Shown here in pieces: positions 26,355-37,899 of a DNA stretch of 64,000 nucleotides. The stretch is from Lama glama. Taxonomy: Eukaryota. The DNA is taken from NCBI GenBank assembly GCA_028534125.1, contig CM052816.1, positions 20,214,001 to 20,278,000 of the forward strand, in the 5' to 3' direction. The notes under the pieces were generated by a model. The model ran no database searches and was not told the origin of the DNA. It saw nothing but the letters and a program-made list of their open reading frames with translations. Position numbers and translations under genes: made by a program. Position 1 is the first letter of the stretch. Each line of letters begins with the position of its first letter.

Positions 26355-26625
26355 TATAAGTACCCTTGAGAATATCCCCCTTTCCCCCACAATCCTGCTT
26401 CCTTCTCCTCCTGAAGTAAAGACCAGTTACTGATTTATGTGTCTTCTTTCAGACCTTTCACATGAATTTACACATAACACCGAGTTTTTGCATGTTTTTG
26501 AACATAAACAGTATCATTTGGTATTTATCGTTTGCAAATTGCTTCCTTCGCTGAAGTGTTGTGGAGATATTCTCATGTCAACACATGCCAACACTTTACC
26601 CTGTTAAAATGTTGCAGTGTATTCG
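26355..26625 (-). mobile_element. L1ME 3' region fragment
   Basis: Antisense L1ME-like: gtatcatttggtattt..ggagatattctcatgtcaacacat..tgttgcagtgtattc. Confidence 0.6.
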
Positions 26626-26627
26626 GC

Positions 26628-26948
26628 AAATTTCTATGTTGAAACCTAACCCCCCAGGTGATGGTATTAGGAGGTGGGGAACCTTTGGGAGGTGACTGAT
26701 TAGGTCATGAAGGTGGGGCTCTCACGAATGGGATTAGTGTCTCTGTAAAAGAGACCACGGAGAGCTCCCTTGCCCTTTCTGTCATGTGAGGACACAGCGA
26801 GCCATCTATGAATCGGAAGCAGGCCCTCACTAGCTAAATCTGGTCTTGGACTCCAGCCTCTAGAACAGTGAGAGATAAATGTCTGTTTATGAACCCTGTG
26901 TCCCAGTCTCTGGTAATTCTGTTATAGCAGCCTGAACAGATGAAGATG
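26628..26948 (+). mobile_element. MaLR LTR (MLT1A0, 5' truncated)
   Basis: tatgttgaaacctaaccccc..gtgatggtattaggaggtgggg..catgtgaggacacagc..tgttatagcagcctgaacaga. Confidence 0.9.
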
Positions 26949-26964
26949 ACTAATGATCATGAGG

Positions 26965-27262
26965 ATGTAAATTAAAAAAAGAAAAGGAGATGCAGCTTTT
27001 TCACCTGATAGTTTAGCAAACATTAAAAAGATTGCTATCATCCAGTGTTGGCAAAGATGAGGGAAGATTTTCAGCATTGCCGGTGGCAGGGCACATTGGG
27101 GCAGACTTCATGCAGGGTAATTGGCAGTATCTATTAAAATTAAACCCCTGCACCTTTTCCCTGGCCACCCAGCTTCTAGATGTGCGTCCACCAGCAAGGC
27201 GGCATCCTGGCGATGGTCCCATATGTGGCACTGCTGGTAGTGGTGCAACCTTGAAACAGCCT
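26965..27262 (+). mobile_element. Old L1 (L1ME/MC) ORF2 3' fragment
   Basis: gcaaacattaaaaagattgctatcatccagtgttggcaaagatg; ggtaattggcagtatctattaaaatt. Confidence 0.7.
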
Positions 27263-27379
27263 GTTGTCTTTCTTGGTCTTGTGTCTCAGGAGCTGTGTCT
27301 TGGCTGGCTCCCAGGCTCCCAGAAATGGACACAGACCTGCCCATATGCCAGAAGATCAGCAGACACTTTCTGTTTTTTG

Positions 27380-29840
27380 ATTTTCCTTTGTAAACTTTTA
27401 AAAATCCAGGTTCTGTGTAGATAGGTTCAGAACCCAAAAGAACTAGAGAGCTTAGAGTAAAAGACAGCAGTGCTCTCCCCCTTGTTCCCTGCTCCCAGCT
27501 GCCAGGAATCACCTGCTTTCAATGTTCAATCTAGTTTTTCTTGTATTTCTTATATTTTCTCCATATTTCTGTGCTACTTAATTTAACTGCCTTTATCTGA
27601 TTTCTTTTTCATTTTGAATACGATCTATTGACTTTCTCCTGTGGAAAGGAAGGGTTTTTAATTTTTATTACCTGCACAGAATCCTCCATCCCACCCCCTA
27701 CCTGCCTCGTCCCCAACAGCTTCCCCTTCCTCTCCCCTGAGAATGTTAAATCTTCATTTTGGGTTAAGTCAGTATTCAATGTTTACATTATTATGACTAT
27801 GTAACTATTATTTACAGAGAGCCACATGCAGTACTATGATTATAGTTTCTTGTACAACTTTTAATTTTCTCAGAAGTTAATAATTGCTCCTTTCTTTTCC
27901 TTTGTTTTGTTTTATGTGTACCAATTGCACATTATTTCCCAAACTCCGTGACAGAAATGAAAATCTCTGAATATTTTAAACCCAGCACTGAGCGAATGGT
28001 CTTGTTTGTTTGTTTATTTTTCAGACAGCTCGTAGGAGCCTCCAGCCTGCAGCTGCTGTCTGGACGGTTCTTCTCTACAAGCAGCACCCAGATTCTTCCC
28101 TGAACTTTCTTCCACCGTCTTCCAGGGCATCCCCTGCACCCTGGATTCCACTTCGTCTTTTTCCCTGGATTCTTCCCCTCTTTGGAGGGGAATACTTCCT
28201 CTAGTAACTTCTAGAGAAAGAGGATGAGGAGGTAAGTTTTTGGATACCTCATTTGTCTGAAAATGTCTTTGTTCTAGCCTTGCATTTGATTGATAGTGTG
28301 GCTGACTCTAAATTGGAAATTGTTTTCCCTCAGAATTTTGAAGGCATTGTTCTATTGTCTTCTTGCTTCCCTTGTGTCGAGACATGGACAGTCAGTCCAA
28401 TACTTTTCAGATCCTGAGGTTTCTCTGTGACCTGCTTCCTTACTTTGGGAGTCAGTAGGATTTCTCTCCATCTCTTTGTTCTACACCTCATGATGATGTT
28501 CCTTGGAATGGTTTAAAATTTTTTTTAAAATTAAAGAAAAATTTTTTTTATAGTTGAATTCGTGGTGCCATATACTTAGAAGATCAGTTAAATCTCAAAA
28601 TACATTTCCTTCAGTTCTGGAACAGTATCTTACATTATTTTTTTGATAATTGCATCCTCTCTGTTCTCTTTATTTTCTTTTCTGTAGCTCCTATTTGTTG
28701 AATAATGGACCTCTTAATCCTTGAATTTTCTTATCTTTCTTATTTTTTACTTTTTTCCCTATTTTTAATGGAGGATTTCTTCTATTTTATTTTTCAAATA
28801 TTCTGTTGATTAAAAAAATTCTGCTGTCATATTTTAAATTTCCAAGTGTTTTCCTGTTTCCTGAATATTCATTTTTATAGTACCCTTTTTCTTATTTCAT
28901 GAAATGTGGTATCTTCTAATTTTCTGAGGGTATTAAAATACATACATTATGTATATTTTTCCCTCTGTCTCCTGCCATCTCTCTACTTCCTTTGGAATTC
29001 TTTTACTTCCTGTTTGTTCTGATCTGCCTTCAGTTAGAGGCTTTTCTCCAACAGCAGGTGCTGAAGGCCTCGAACACACATCCAAGGGTGAGGCACCAGA
29101 CACCCCCAGGGAAGCTCCCTGTGCTTGGGTGAGGCTTGATGACCAGTAGGCTCCAGTACAGAGTGATTGCGGTGGGTGAATTGGTTATTGCCCTCTGGGA
29201 TTCCCTGATGTCAGTATCGGCCTGGAGGAGGGGTATAGTTCTGGGTGTGAACTTTCCAGAAGCTCATTGGGAGAAGGTGACATGAGCCTTCACTGTTCAA
29301 CTTGTAGAATTACTTTAATTTTCCCTGTTTTCAATATGGTCCCCCACCCTCTTGCTCAGCTGTGTCTGCTGCCCTTGAGTCCAGAACCTCTTTGACCCAA
29401 ACTCTCCAGAGAGTTGGCTTCCCATCATTTTTCATGGTGAGAGGAGGGTAGTCATCTTGCTAGGCAGTGGCAGTAGGATTCCTGGTTTTCATGTGGATTT
29501 TCCACAGGTCCTCCTGGTTTAAATCCCACCTATGCCTGTGCCTTCTGAGGTAGTGTGTGTTGCTTCCTCAGTTTCTGGTCCTTTCAGTGTTCTGATGGGT
29601 TTGCTCATTCCAAATGCAGGCTTACGTTTCTGCTTTCCCTGATTGGCTAAGCCAGCTGGCTCCTGCCCACCTGCTTTCCAGCTTCCACACTATTGTTGCT
29701 GTAACTTGCTTCTGTTGGCTTCTCTTTTCTTTGTCCTCGTGGAGTCCTATCACTGTTAGACCTTCAAGGCTATTTTAGGGGGGTTTCTTCTGGAGGGTGG
29801 CAGAAGTAAGAGTGTATGTTTAGTCCTCTGAGTTTGCCCT
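27380..29840 (-). mobile_element. HAL1 (half-L1) element, long decayed copy
   Basis: HAL1-like antisense tract tgtctgaaaatgtctttgttctagcc..ttgattgatagtgtggctg..ttggaaattgttttccctcagaattttgaaggcattg within a 2.4-kb T-rich block. Confidence 0.75.
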
Positions 29841-30249
29841 GAACTCCTGAGTTTTTCTTTATGATGGACGCTTGAACAGAGGCACAGATCATCTATTTGT
29901 TATGTGTCCTTACAAGGATGGCCTGTTTATATCAGTGCCCTGTTTTCTTGATGACATGCTGTTGTGTGCTGGAAAACTCAACCCAAACGGCTTAAACAGG
30001 ACAGAAATTTATCTTATCTAATGAGAAGCTCTGTGGTAGAGCAGCTCCAGGTTTGGTTAATTCAACAGCTCAGCAATGTCACTGAGGGCACAAACTCTTT
30101 CCATTTTTCCACTCTACTGTAGTGCCCTTCATGGTCACAGAATGGCTGCTGTGGCTCCATCCACCCTTCATGTCCTTGTCTATAAATGTCCATAGGCAGA
30201 AAATATAGCATCCCTTTGTTGTTTTACTCTCTTAAAAAATGTATGATCA

Positions 30250-31041
30250 TGTCTTAGTCCATTCAGCCTCCTATAACAAAATGCCATAGACCGGGTGGCT
30301 TATAAACAGCAAACATTTATTTCTCATGTTTCTGAGGCTGGCAAGTCCAGACTCATGGTTCTGGCAGATTCCATGTTTGATGAGGGCTTCCTGATTCATT
30401 AGATATCTGTCTTTTTGCTGTTTCCTCACGTGGTTGAAGCATTTAGGAAATCTCTCTAGAACCTCTTTTATAAGGGCATTAATCCCAGTCATGACATCAT
30501 GACCTAACTGTTGTGTGCACAATGGGGTGGGCTGGTAACGCAGGTTGGTAAAAGAATTTACCAGAGATTAAATATAAGAATAGAAAGGAGTTTATTACAG
30601 TACCCTGTCATAGACAACAGTGGGCCACACAGGCAAAGTGTGCCTGTGTGAGCACCGAGGATTGTTATGGTGTATTTATAAGATCGGGTCACAAGGTGCC
30701 TGATTGGTTTGTGCACAAGTCTTTGGTTGGTTGTAGGTGAGGTAAGAGGTTTAGGGTTTGTGGAGGATGGTAGAGTCTATGACTCCGATAAGGTAGGCAT
30801 TGCCTGGGGCTATCAGTTTGCAAGGGGAAAGTTGCCTGTCAAACAATGTACTTTATCTGTTGAGGGATCACAGGATGACATCTGAGAGCCCAGAAATGGG
30901 GGTCGTTGGACTTTGAAGGATGTCAGTGGGCCCAACACTAACCACCTCCCAAAGACCCCACATCCTAATACCATCACCTTGGGAGTTAAGATTATAACAT
31001 ATGAATTGTCAGGGGAGGACACAAACATTCAGACCATAGCA
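30250..31041 (-). mobile_element. MaLR LTR (MLT1A0) interrupted by an ERV LTR
   Basis: tgtcttagtccattcagcctcctataacaaaatgccatagac .. catgacctaac[insert]cacctcccaaagacccc .. aacattcagaccatagca. Confidence 0.9.
30509..30937 (-). mobile_element. Intact 429-bp solo LTR, probably ERVL class
   Basis: TGTTG..CAACA inverted termini; perfect 5-bp TSD CTAAC (30504-30508, 30938-30942); CCAAT, TATAAA and AATAAA in the expected order on the minus strand. Confidence 0.85.
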
Positions 31042-31665
31042 AATTGTTTGAATAGGTGTTTTATCCATAGATTAGCAATTTAAAATACTTAAAAGGTATG
31101 CAATAAAAAGTCTCTCTATTATTCCTATCCTATCTTCTCACTATTTTTCCAGAATCTTTTTGTGTAATAAGGCATATTACAAGCAAATATGAATGTATAT
31201 GAGGTTTTATCTGCCCCACTCTTACTTTTCCCAAAAGATAGCATACTCTAAGCATTTTTTGACATTGGCTTTTCTTTTCTTCTAGCAAAATATTTTGGTA
31301 CATAAAACACATCCTTAACATTGTTTTATAGCTATATCATATTGCATTATACGCATGTAACCTAATTTGTTTAACCAGTCATCTTTTGATAGATATTTAA
31401 GTTGTTTCCCATATTTGCTATTATAATAAATTCTGCAAATCTGTTAGTTTTCCTAGAGGATAAATTCCCAGAAGTAAAATTGCTGAGGCAAAAGGGTTAT
31501 GTATTTGTGACCTTGACAGATGTTGCAAATTGCCCTTCCTGGGGTTTGTACCAGTTTATTCTCCCATCAGCAATGTACGAAGGGCTGGTTTCCTTACAGC
31601 CCGCAGGGTATCTTTTTAACCTTTGGATTCTCACCAATCTGATAGGTGAAAAATGGTCCTTGTGT
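31042..31665 (-). mobile_element. L1MC/L1ME 3' end fragment
   Basis: aatttgtttaaccagtc..gatagatatttaagttgtttcc..ggataaattcccagaagtaaaattgctg..ctcccatcagcaatgta..ccaatctgataggtgaaaaatgg. Confidence 0.8.
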
Positions 31666-32139
31666 CTCTATTGAAGAGCTAAGTAACCATTCCCAGGAGC
31701 TTCTGCAGCAGACTTGTTCTCTTGAGCAAGGTCTCCTTGGCCAGAATTTTGTAATGTGCTTCTTCCTAAGCCAGTCATTGGTGAAAGGAATAAAACAACT
31801 CTAATTGGTTTAAATTAATCCAGATTAACATCCTGTGGTGGGGCTGGGTTTGGGGCAGTCTTCCCCCTGCAGGGATGCCTGGATAGCCCAGGTTCTGTTG
31901 GCAAGGGAGATGGGGTTCATGCTGTGGGGTAGGCACCCAGCAGTGTCTGGGATTCCTGGTCCACCACCTGCTAGAGGGCTTGGCCTCAGACCTGAGCCTC
32001 CAAAGACTGGAAGGCTGCTTCTGTGAGACCCCATTCTCATGCGGCCACTGCTGGTAGGCTGCCTGGGTTGGAGGATGGTCTGTGGTTGTGCAAACAGCCT
32101 GATCTCTTATCACATTCAAGACACTAGTTGCAAAAACCA

Positions 32140-32310
32140 GGTCAGAGAAGAGTCTAGGCTTTAAAACTGGGCAGCCCTGGGTTCAGATGCCCCCACTGCC
32201 ACTTACTAGCTATGCGACCAATTAGCCTCTCTAAGCTTCAGTTTTCTCAATTGTAAAACTGGGCCAGGAACTCCTGTATCAGGGATTGCCGGGAAGTTGA
32301 GAGTAATGTG
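32140..32310 (+). mobile_element. MIR SINE
   Basis: ctgggttcagatgcccccactgccacttactagctatgcgacc..ctctctaagcttcagttttctcaattgtaaaa. Confidence 0.8.
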
Positions 32311-32529
32311 CCCATCCCAGGGTCTGGCCCCCAGGGAGTTACTCAGCAGAGGCCCACCCTGACTCAGGTCTCCTGTACTCCACCAGCTCTGCCCTGGGTA
32401 GTGAGCAACTTGGGTGTGGCTCGGGAAGGGGCTCAATTGACCCTATATCTTCCAGGCCCAGCACATAGCCAGAAGTTTGAAAAAGGTGCCCCATTTATGC
32501 TCATTGAATGAATGAGAGAATAGCTGTAA

Positions 32530-32870
32530 GTTAGTGCAAAAGCTGCTGCTCCACCTCCTAACAGTGTTTGGCTTTCTCAGCCATATTGAGGCAGAATTTC
32601 CCTTGATAACAATATGTGTTGAATCATTTGCACATGCCGTGCCTCCCGATGATGCGCAGTTTATTTACAGCATCAGCTCCGTATGGAGTTATCAATGCCC
32701 ATTTTGCATGAGGATCAATAATTAATTGCATCCTTGCAGACATGGGACTACAACCTGTTTGCCACGTAGAGCACAACCCTGAGTCGAGAGCCTGCTTCTG
32801 AAGCCTTTGTTTGCTCCATGTGATTTTTCCTACATATGGTGCTGCTTTAATGGCCAATGCCCGAGTCCTG
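32530..32870. promoter_or_regulatory. Candidate conserved non-coding element (enhancer-like)
   Basis: Repeat-free AT-rich block with octamer-like, SOX and homeodomain motifs; conservation not testable here. Confidence 0.4.
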
Positions 32871-33519
32871 AGTGACCGGCCGCCTCCACTGCCCCTGCAG
32901 AGGTGAGGGCCACAAAAGACCTGGTGGCCATGCTGGGTGTGTGTGAAAGTGTCCAGGTGGTTGAGGGAGAGTGACCTTCTGGGAAGGGCTTTTGAGGGGG
33001 TGGTGCATGCAGCTGGTGGGGGCTTCTCTCCTGTGACCCTTCCTGGGGTGAGTGACACCCTATTTAGGTCTGCCTGTCTGCTCATTTCTCCTGTAGGCTG
33101 AACACCTCAGAGCAGGGATATGTTCTAGCTTGTCTGTTTCCCCGGGTCCTGCCACACATGGAGTAGAGGCTCAGTGAAGGCTGGCTGAATGCTTGAGGGT
33201 AAAACGTACCATTTTCTGGGTTTCCTTGTGGGGCTACTAGACGATCTGGGAGCTGGTGAGCGGAGGTGGCAAGGCTTGGGCAGTAGGTGGTGCTCTGTCA
33301 AAGTCTGCAGTCCCCCGTCTGTGAGGAATGCCTGTCAGGAGAGCTTCAGAATCCACCTAACTTCAAAATTACACAGAAAATGATGATCAAACATTTCTTT
33401 TAAAAAATTTGAAATGATATTGAAAAGCCTGACTTTATAAATGTTAGGAAAGTACAGTCAATCAACTAACCTAATATCCATTTGTTAAGCACCTACTAAG
33501 TGCCAGGCAGGGTATTAGT

Positions 33520-34040
33520 GTATTAATTCTGATGGAGCATTCCTCTTCATATAACATGTCCCCCTGTCTCATTTATCTGTATTACTTACCTTTTAGAGGA
33601 ATACATTGATGAATTGCTCTATTAAAAGAGAATAAAGATATTTAAAGTCTTTAATGGGAGAGGAATCACAAAGGAGTTTTTAAGATTAACTTAGAATTGT
33701 GTAGAACACTCAGCACATTATGCTAATTTTTTTCAGAGACTGAGCAGCTTAGAGGGGAAAAAAAGCAGCCTGTTCCCATCTAGTTGCAGAAGCCGGGTAA
33801 TCTATGTCTCATCAATGCTAACAAATACACCCGCTAATAGCCGTTTGTGTTTGTAACAGTGAGAAATGCTTCCCTGGAAAATATTATTAGCACTTATATT
33901 ATCTTACAGATTACATTCTCGCTCAATGGAGGGTCCCAGTAAAAATATAATAGCAGATTGCAGCCGATGGGCTCTCTATTTTTATGTTGGAGACTTCATT
34001 ATTGTGCAAAGTTGAAAGAAACTCTTTGGAAACACAGGTA
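33520..34040. promoter_or_regulatory. Candidate conserved non-coding element (enhancer-like)
   Basis: About 500 bp of complex AT-rich unique sequence in a GC-rich background; many TAAT cores; TATGCTAAT at 33719. Confidence 0.4.
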
Positions 34041-35089
34041 CCTAGTGCACACACACAATTTCCAGAGCCCAGGATGGGAAGGAGCCTGGGGCTGGGAGTG
34101 GGGCTGCAGCCTCAGGCCCCAGACAGCCTCTCTCCCTTGGGGGAGCTGGCAGTATGTGGGGTGGACGTGGTACTGTCTTCCCCAGGGTGAGCAGAGTGAG
34201 GTGAGGGTCTAGGTGAGTCTCCGGCCCTGTCCTGCTCAGCAGCCATCTTCTCTGCTGGATTGTCAGCTCCATCAGGACAGGGATGTCATATCAGCAGCCT
34301 CCACACCTAAGGGACTCAGCAATCCTGGACCATCCTAGGGTGTTGGAACTACAGGAGAGAGAGCCAGAGGGGTGGGCTAAATAGAGTGTCACCTAGGGAC
34401 CGGGCAAGCACTTCTCTGCCTGCCTGAGCCACCTGTTGAGGCCTTGGGCAGGCAGGAGCCCAGGCTCAGGCTGACGCAAGGGCAGCACTGTGGTCCTGGA
34501 GAGCGTGATGTGAGGACACAACAGGGGCAGATCTGCCTGCACTGAGAAAACTGGGAAGGCTATTGGAGGAGGTGAGGTAAGACATGAAGAGGGGGCAAGG
34601 CATTAGCAGGGCTGGAAGCAGGCATGAAATGAGGGGGTATGTAGGCCTAGGCAGGGAGGAACCTGGCTTGATGGGACCCCGGGCTCCCAGACCCTCTTGG
34701 AAGAGACCTTGGGGCTGTTTTTCTCCTTGAGGCCCCTTTCCCTTTCTCAAAGGGCTGGTCCCCACTTGTGATGTGATCAGATGGCACTGATGCCACTGGC
34801 AGTGACTCTGTGGACATGTTTCACCTGCACGTTAGCAACCGGGCATTTCTCTGAGAGTGGCCATGTGTGCTGATCAGGGAGGGAGCTCACAGTCCAGTGG
34901 AGGGAACAGAACCATCCGGTGGGATGCTGCAGTTCACAGGCCACACACAGAGCCTGGGCCACAGCAAGTTATGATCTTGATGAACTGAAGAGAATTGTGG
35001 TTTGGGGGTCACAGGAATAACTGGGACCTAGAATGGGGGCTGGAACTGAGCCACTGCATATGTCCATTCTGGGGAGGGTTGGTAAGCAG

Positions 35090-35260
35090 GAGGGGGTGAG
35101 AGGTTCTAGGCTGATGCAAGGGTGAAGTCTTGGAGGTGGGGAATATGCACTGTTAGGGGTGCCCTGGCTGTCTGAACTATGGGGTGTAACAAGGGGGCAG
35201 TGGCTTTGGGGCCAGATCACAAGGGCCTGGGATGCCAGAGTGAGGTTCTGTGCTTGCTTC
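35090..35260 (-). mobile_element. L2 fragment
   Basis: ggggccagatcacaagggcctgggatgccagagtgagg. Confidence 0.5.
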
Positions 35261-36714
35261 TCTCCTCTCTACGTGTGGATCTGAGCAGGGTGTGCCCAGA
35301 CGGGGTGGCATCCCAAGGGCAGAACTACAGAAACCACTGAGGCCAGGGCTGCTCCCGCCTGTCTGGCCGGGAAGACTTAAGAACTCCTTGGGGGATGTGG
35401 GGCCCCAGCCTGAAGCTTGAAGCCAGAAAAAGGGCTGGTGTCTTGCCCAGCAGATACTGAAAGATACCCCAAACCTTATTCTGGGGATGGAGGAGCAGAA
35501 CTCTGGGGTCTAGTGTCAGTCTCCTGGAAGGACCAGGGGCTGCTCTGGGGCCATTTGTGCCCCCTCAGTTGGAGCTTGCACTCTTTGGGGAGAGCCTGGG
35601 ACCTGGCAGCCTCTAGGCCCAGGCAGCCCACATGCTGTGCTGTCACCTTCTCTTACAGGGCTGCGTCCAATTGAGACTCCTCACTCTGGTCCCACAAGCC
35701 CTCCAGAGTCTGAGCCACAGAAGATGCCCTGAGCTCCCAAAGCCCCCAGGACAGAGCAGGGTCAGGCTGGGACAGAGGGCCCTGCAGCAGGGAGGCAGGT
35801 GCCAGGCCCTGCCCACCCCAGCCTGGGCGCAGCATGAGGTGCGGCAAGGGGCAGAGGTGGGAGGGCCGTGACCAGGCTCTGTTCTTTGCTTATATGTGAG
35901 CCCCAGCACCCCGCGTCTCTGTAACGCCAGCGGAGGTAATTGTCCTCTTGGAGCTGAAGTCAGAGAATTACTCAGGATAGGATGATCTGTTCAGGGAGAG
36001 AACAAAGAAAAACAACCACCTTTTACTGTGCAAAGGAACAATGTAAGGAGCTCAGATGAGCAAGGGAACTTGCAAAGAGAGTAACAGGCAGTAATCGGCT
36101 GTGGGCAGTGAGAACAAAGCTGGGAACAACAATCTTTGCCTGAGTGAAGGGGTCCAGGTACTCGGGGCGCTTGAGGCCCTTCTGTTCTGGCCTTGCCCAC
36201 TCTTTAGTCCCCTCACCACCAAGTGGCTGCCCTGCTCTCCCAGATGCCAGACCTTTCCTCTGCCCTCCCTGCCATCAAGCACCTGGTCAGGAAGTCCTCC
36301 CTGGCTCTCCAGTGCAGAGGCCCCAGTGGTTCTGGCCCTGGAGCTCACCCATTCATTGTGCTCCAGGCTGTTCCCACCCCTCCCTCCCATTCACTGTGGT
36401 TGGGTCCTTTGAGGGTGGGGACCCTCAAGGATGGGGCTGTCATTTTCTTGGTCTCTGTGGCTCCAGGGTCTTACCTGGGGCCTGAGATGATGTTTGGGGT
36501 GTGAGCAGATGAGATAGGAGAGGATGCAATCTGACAATTTTGCGGTAACAGAGTTGGTGGGGGTGCTGTGCCGGAAATGGGGCTGGGCCGGGGTCCTGGC
36601 ACAAAGCGTGCATGCTCGGTGGACAAATGCTAGTTCCCCGCAGGGCTGTGCCTCTGCACAGTTTAGTACTTGCTACTGCTTGGCATTCTTTTCCCTGGGG
36701 TGCCTCGGGGCTCT

Positions 36715-36822
36715 TTGAGGGTGCATATTTTATTCTACTCATCTCTGTATCATCATAGTCTAATTCGGGACCTGACAAACAGTAGGAGCTCAATAAATGC
36801 TGACTCAGTGAATGGCTGATGG
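36715..36822 (+). mobile_element. L2 3' terminus
   Basis: catctctgtatc..cctgacaaacagtaggagctcaataaatgctgactcagtgaatg. Confidence 0.75.
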
Positions 36823-36829
36823 AACTTAG

Positions 36830-36892
36830 TGTGCTGTAAATGTATGCAGGTCCTCTTGTCTGGCCTCAGTTTCTCCATCTGTGAACAGTGAG
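36830..36892 (+). mobile_element. MIR core fragment
   Basis: ggcctcagtttctccatctgtgaacag. Confidence 0.6.
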
Positions 36893-37535
36893 TGAGTTGA
36901 GGAGGATCCCAGCTGTGACTCTGATGCTGGGTGCTGGGCACTGTGGGTTTCTCTAAGTCTCTGCCACCCTCCCCCTTCCCTGGGGTCCAGAGAAGGGGTG
37001 TGTGCACTCCCTAGGGCTAAGCCCACAGTTGCAGGCCCTGCTGACCTGCAGGGTGTGGCCTCCAAGTCCTTGTCCAGCGTCTGCCAGGGTGAACTTGTGT
37101 TTGTGGGGAGCTGAGCCCGAGACACATGCAGTAAGGGTTGGCACCGATTGGGTGAGCTGCCATGATTAGCTGGGCTCTGACCTTGCTACAGGGGAAGGAA
37201 GGAGGCAAGGAAAATAGGCTTATGTTGCTTGTGAGGATTCAGATTCTCTCATCTTCCAGGGGGAGGGGAGGAGGAGCAGACCCCTGGCAGCAGTTAGCAA
37301 GGAGGGAGAAGGCCTCTGAGCTGCTGGGACCCTGCGCCCTGCTACCCTGGGGAAGGGGTCAGAAGATCCTGGTGTTCTAGGAGAAGGCAAAGGAAATTAA
37401 AGCCCCACAACCAGAAGAACTGCAGAGCTGTGCACATGTTTAAGAGTGAGGCACTAAATAGCGGGGTGAAAGTGTGGTATGCATGTGTGTTTTGCCCAGC
37501 AGTCGGCTTCACTGAGGGTAACTGGAATTGCAGGG

Positions 37536-37899
37536 TGCATTAGTTTCCTAAGGGTGCCACGAGACATTACTGTGAACAGTTCTGGAGGCCTGAAGTCTGA
37601 AATTGAAGCTGGCTGGAGGCTTCCTTGACTCTTACAGCTTTTGTGTGGCTCCCGGGGTCCCTTGGCTTGTGGGAGCACAACTCTAGTCTGGGTCTTCACA
37701 TGGCCATCTTCCTTATGTCTCTGTGTATCCTTTGCTGTCTTAAGGACACTCTCATTGGGTTTAGGGCCCACCTGACACAGTACTGTCTCACATTAATTCT
37801 TACCTTCGTTACTTCTGCAAGGACCCTATTTCCAAATGAGATCACATTCTGAGGTTCTGGGTAGCCATGAATTTTGGGGGAACACTTTAATCCACCACA
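37536..37899 (-). mobile_element. MaLR LTR (MLT1C-like, with deletions)
   Basis: tgcattagtttcctaagggtgcc..cagttctggaggcctgaagtctgaaat..gaccctatttccaaatgagatcacattctgagg..tccaccaca. Confidence 0.85.

Larger units (their letters stand above)
29930..31955 (-). mobile_element. Old MaLR LTR (MLT1K/J-like) split in two (about 29930-30240 and 31676-31955)
   Basis: Left piece aaactcaacccaaacggcttaaac..catggtcacagaatggctgctg; right piece ttggccagaatt..cctaagccagtcattggtgaaagg..ttctgttggcaaggga..gggtaggcacccagcagtgtctg. Confidence 0.7.
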
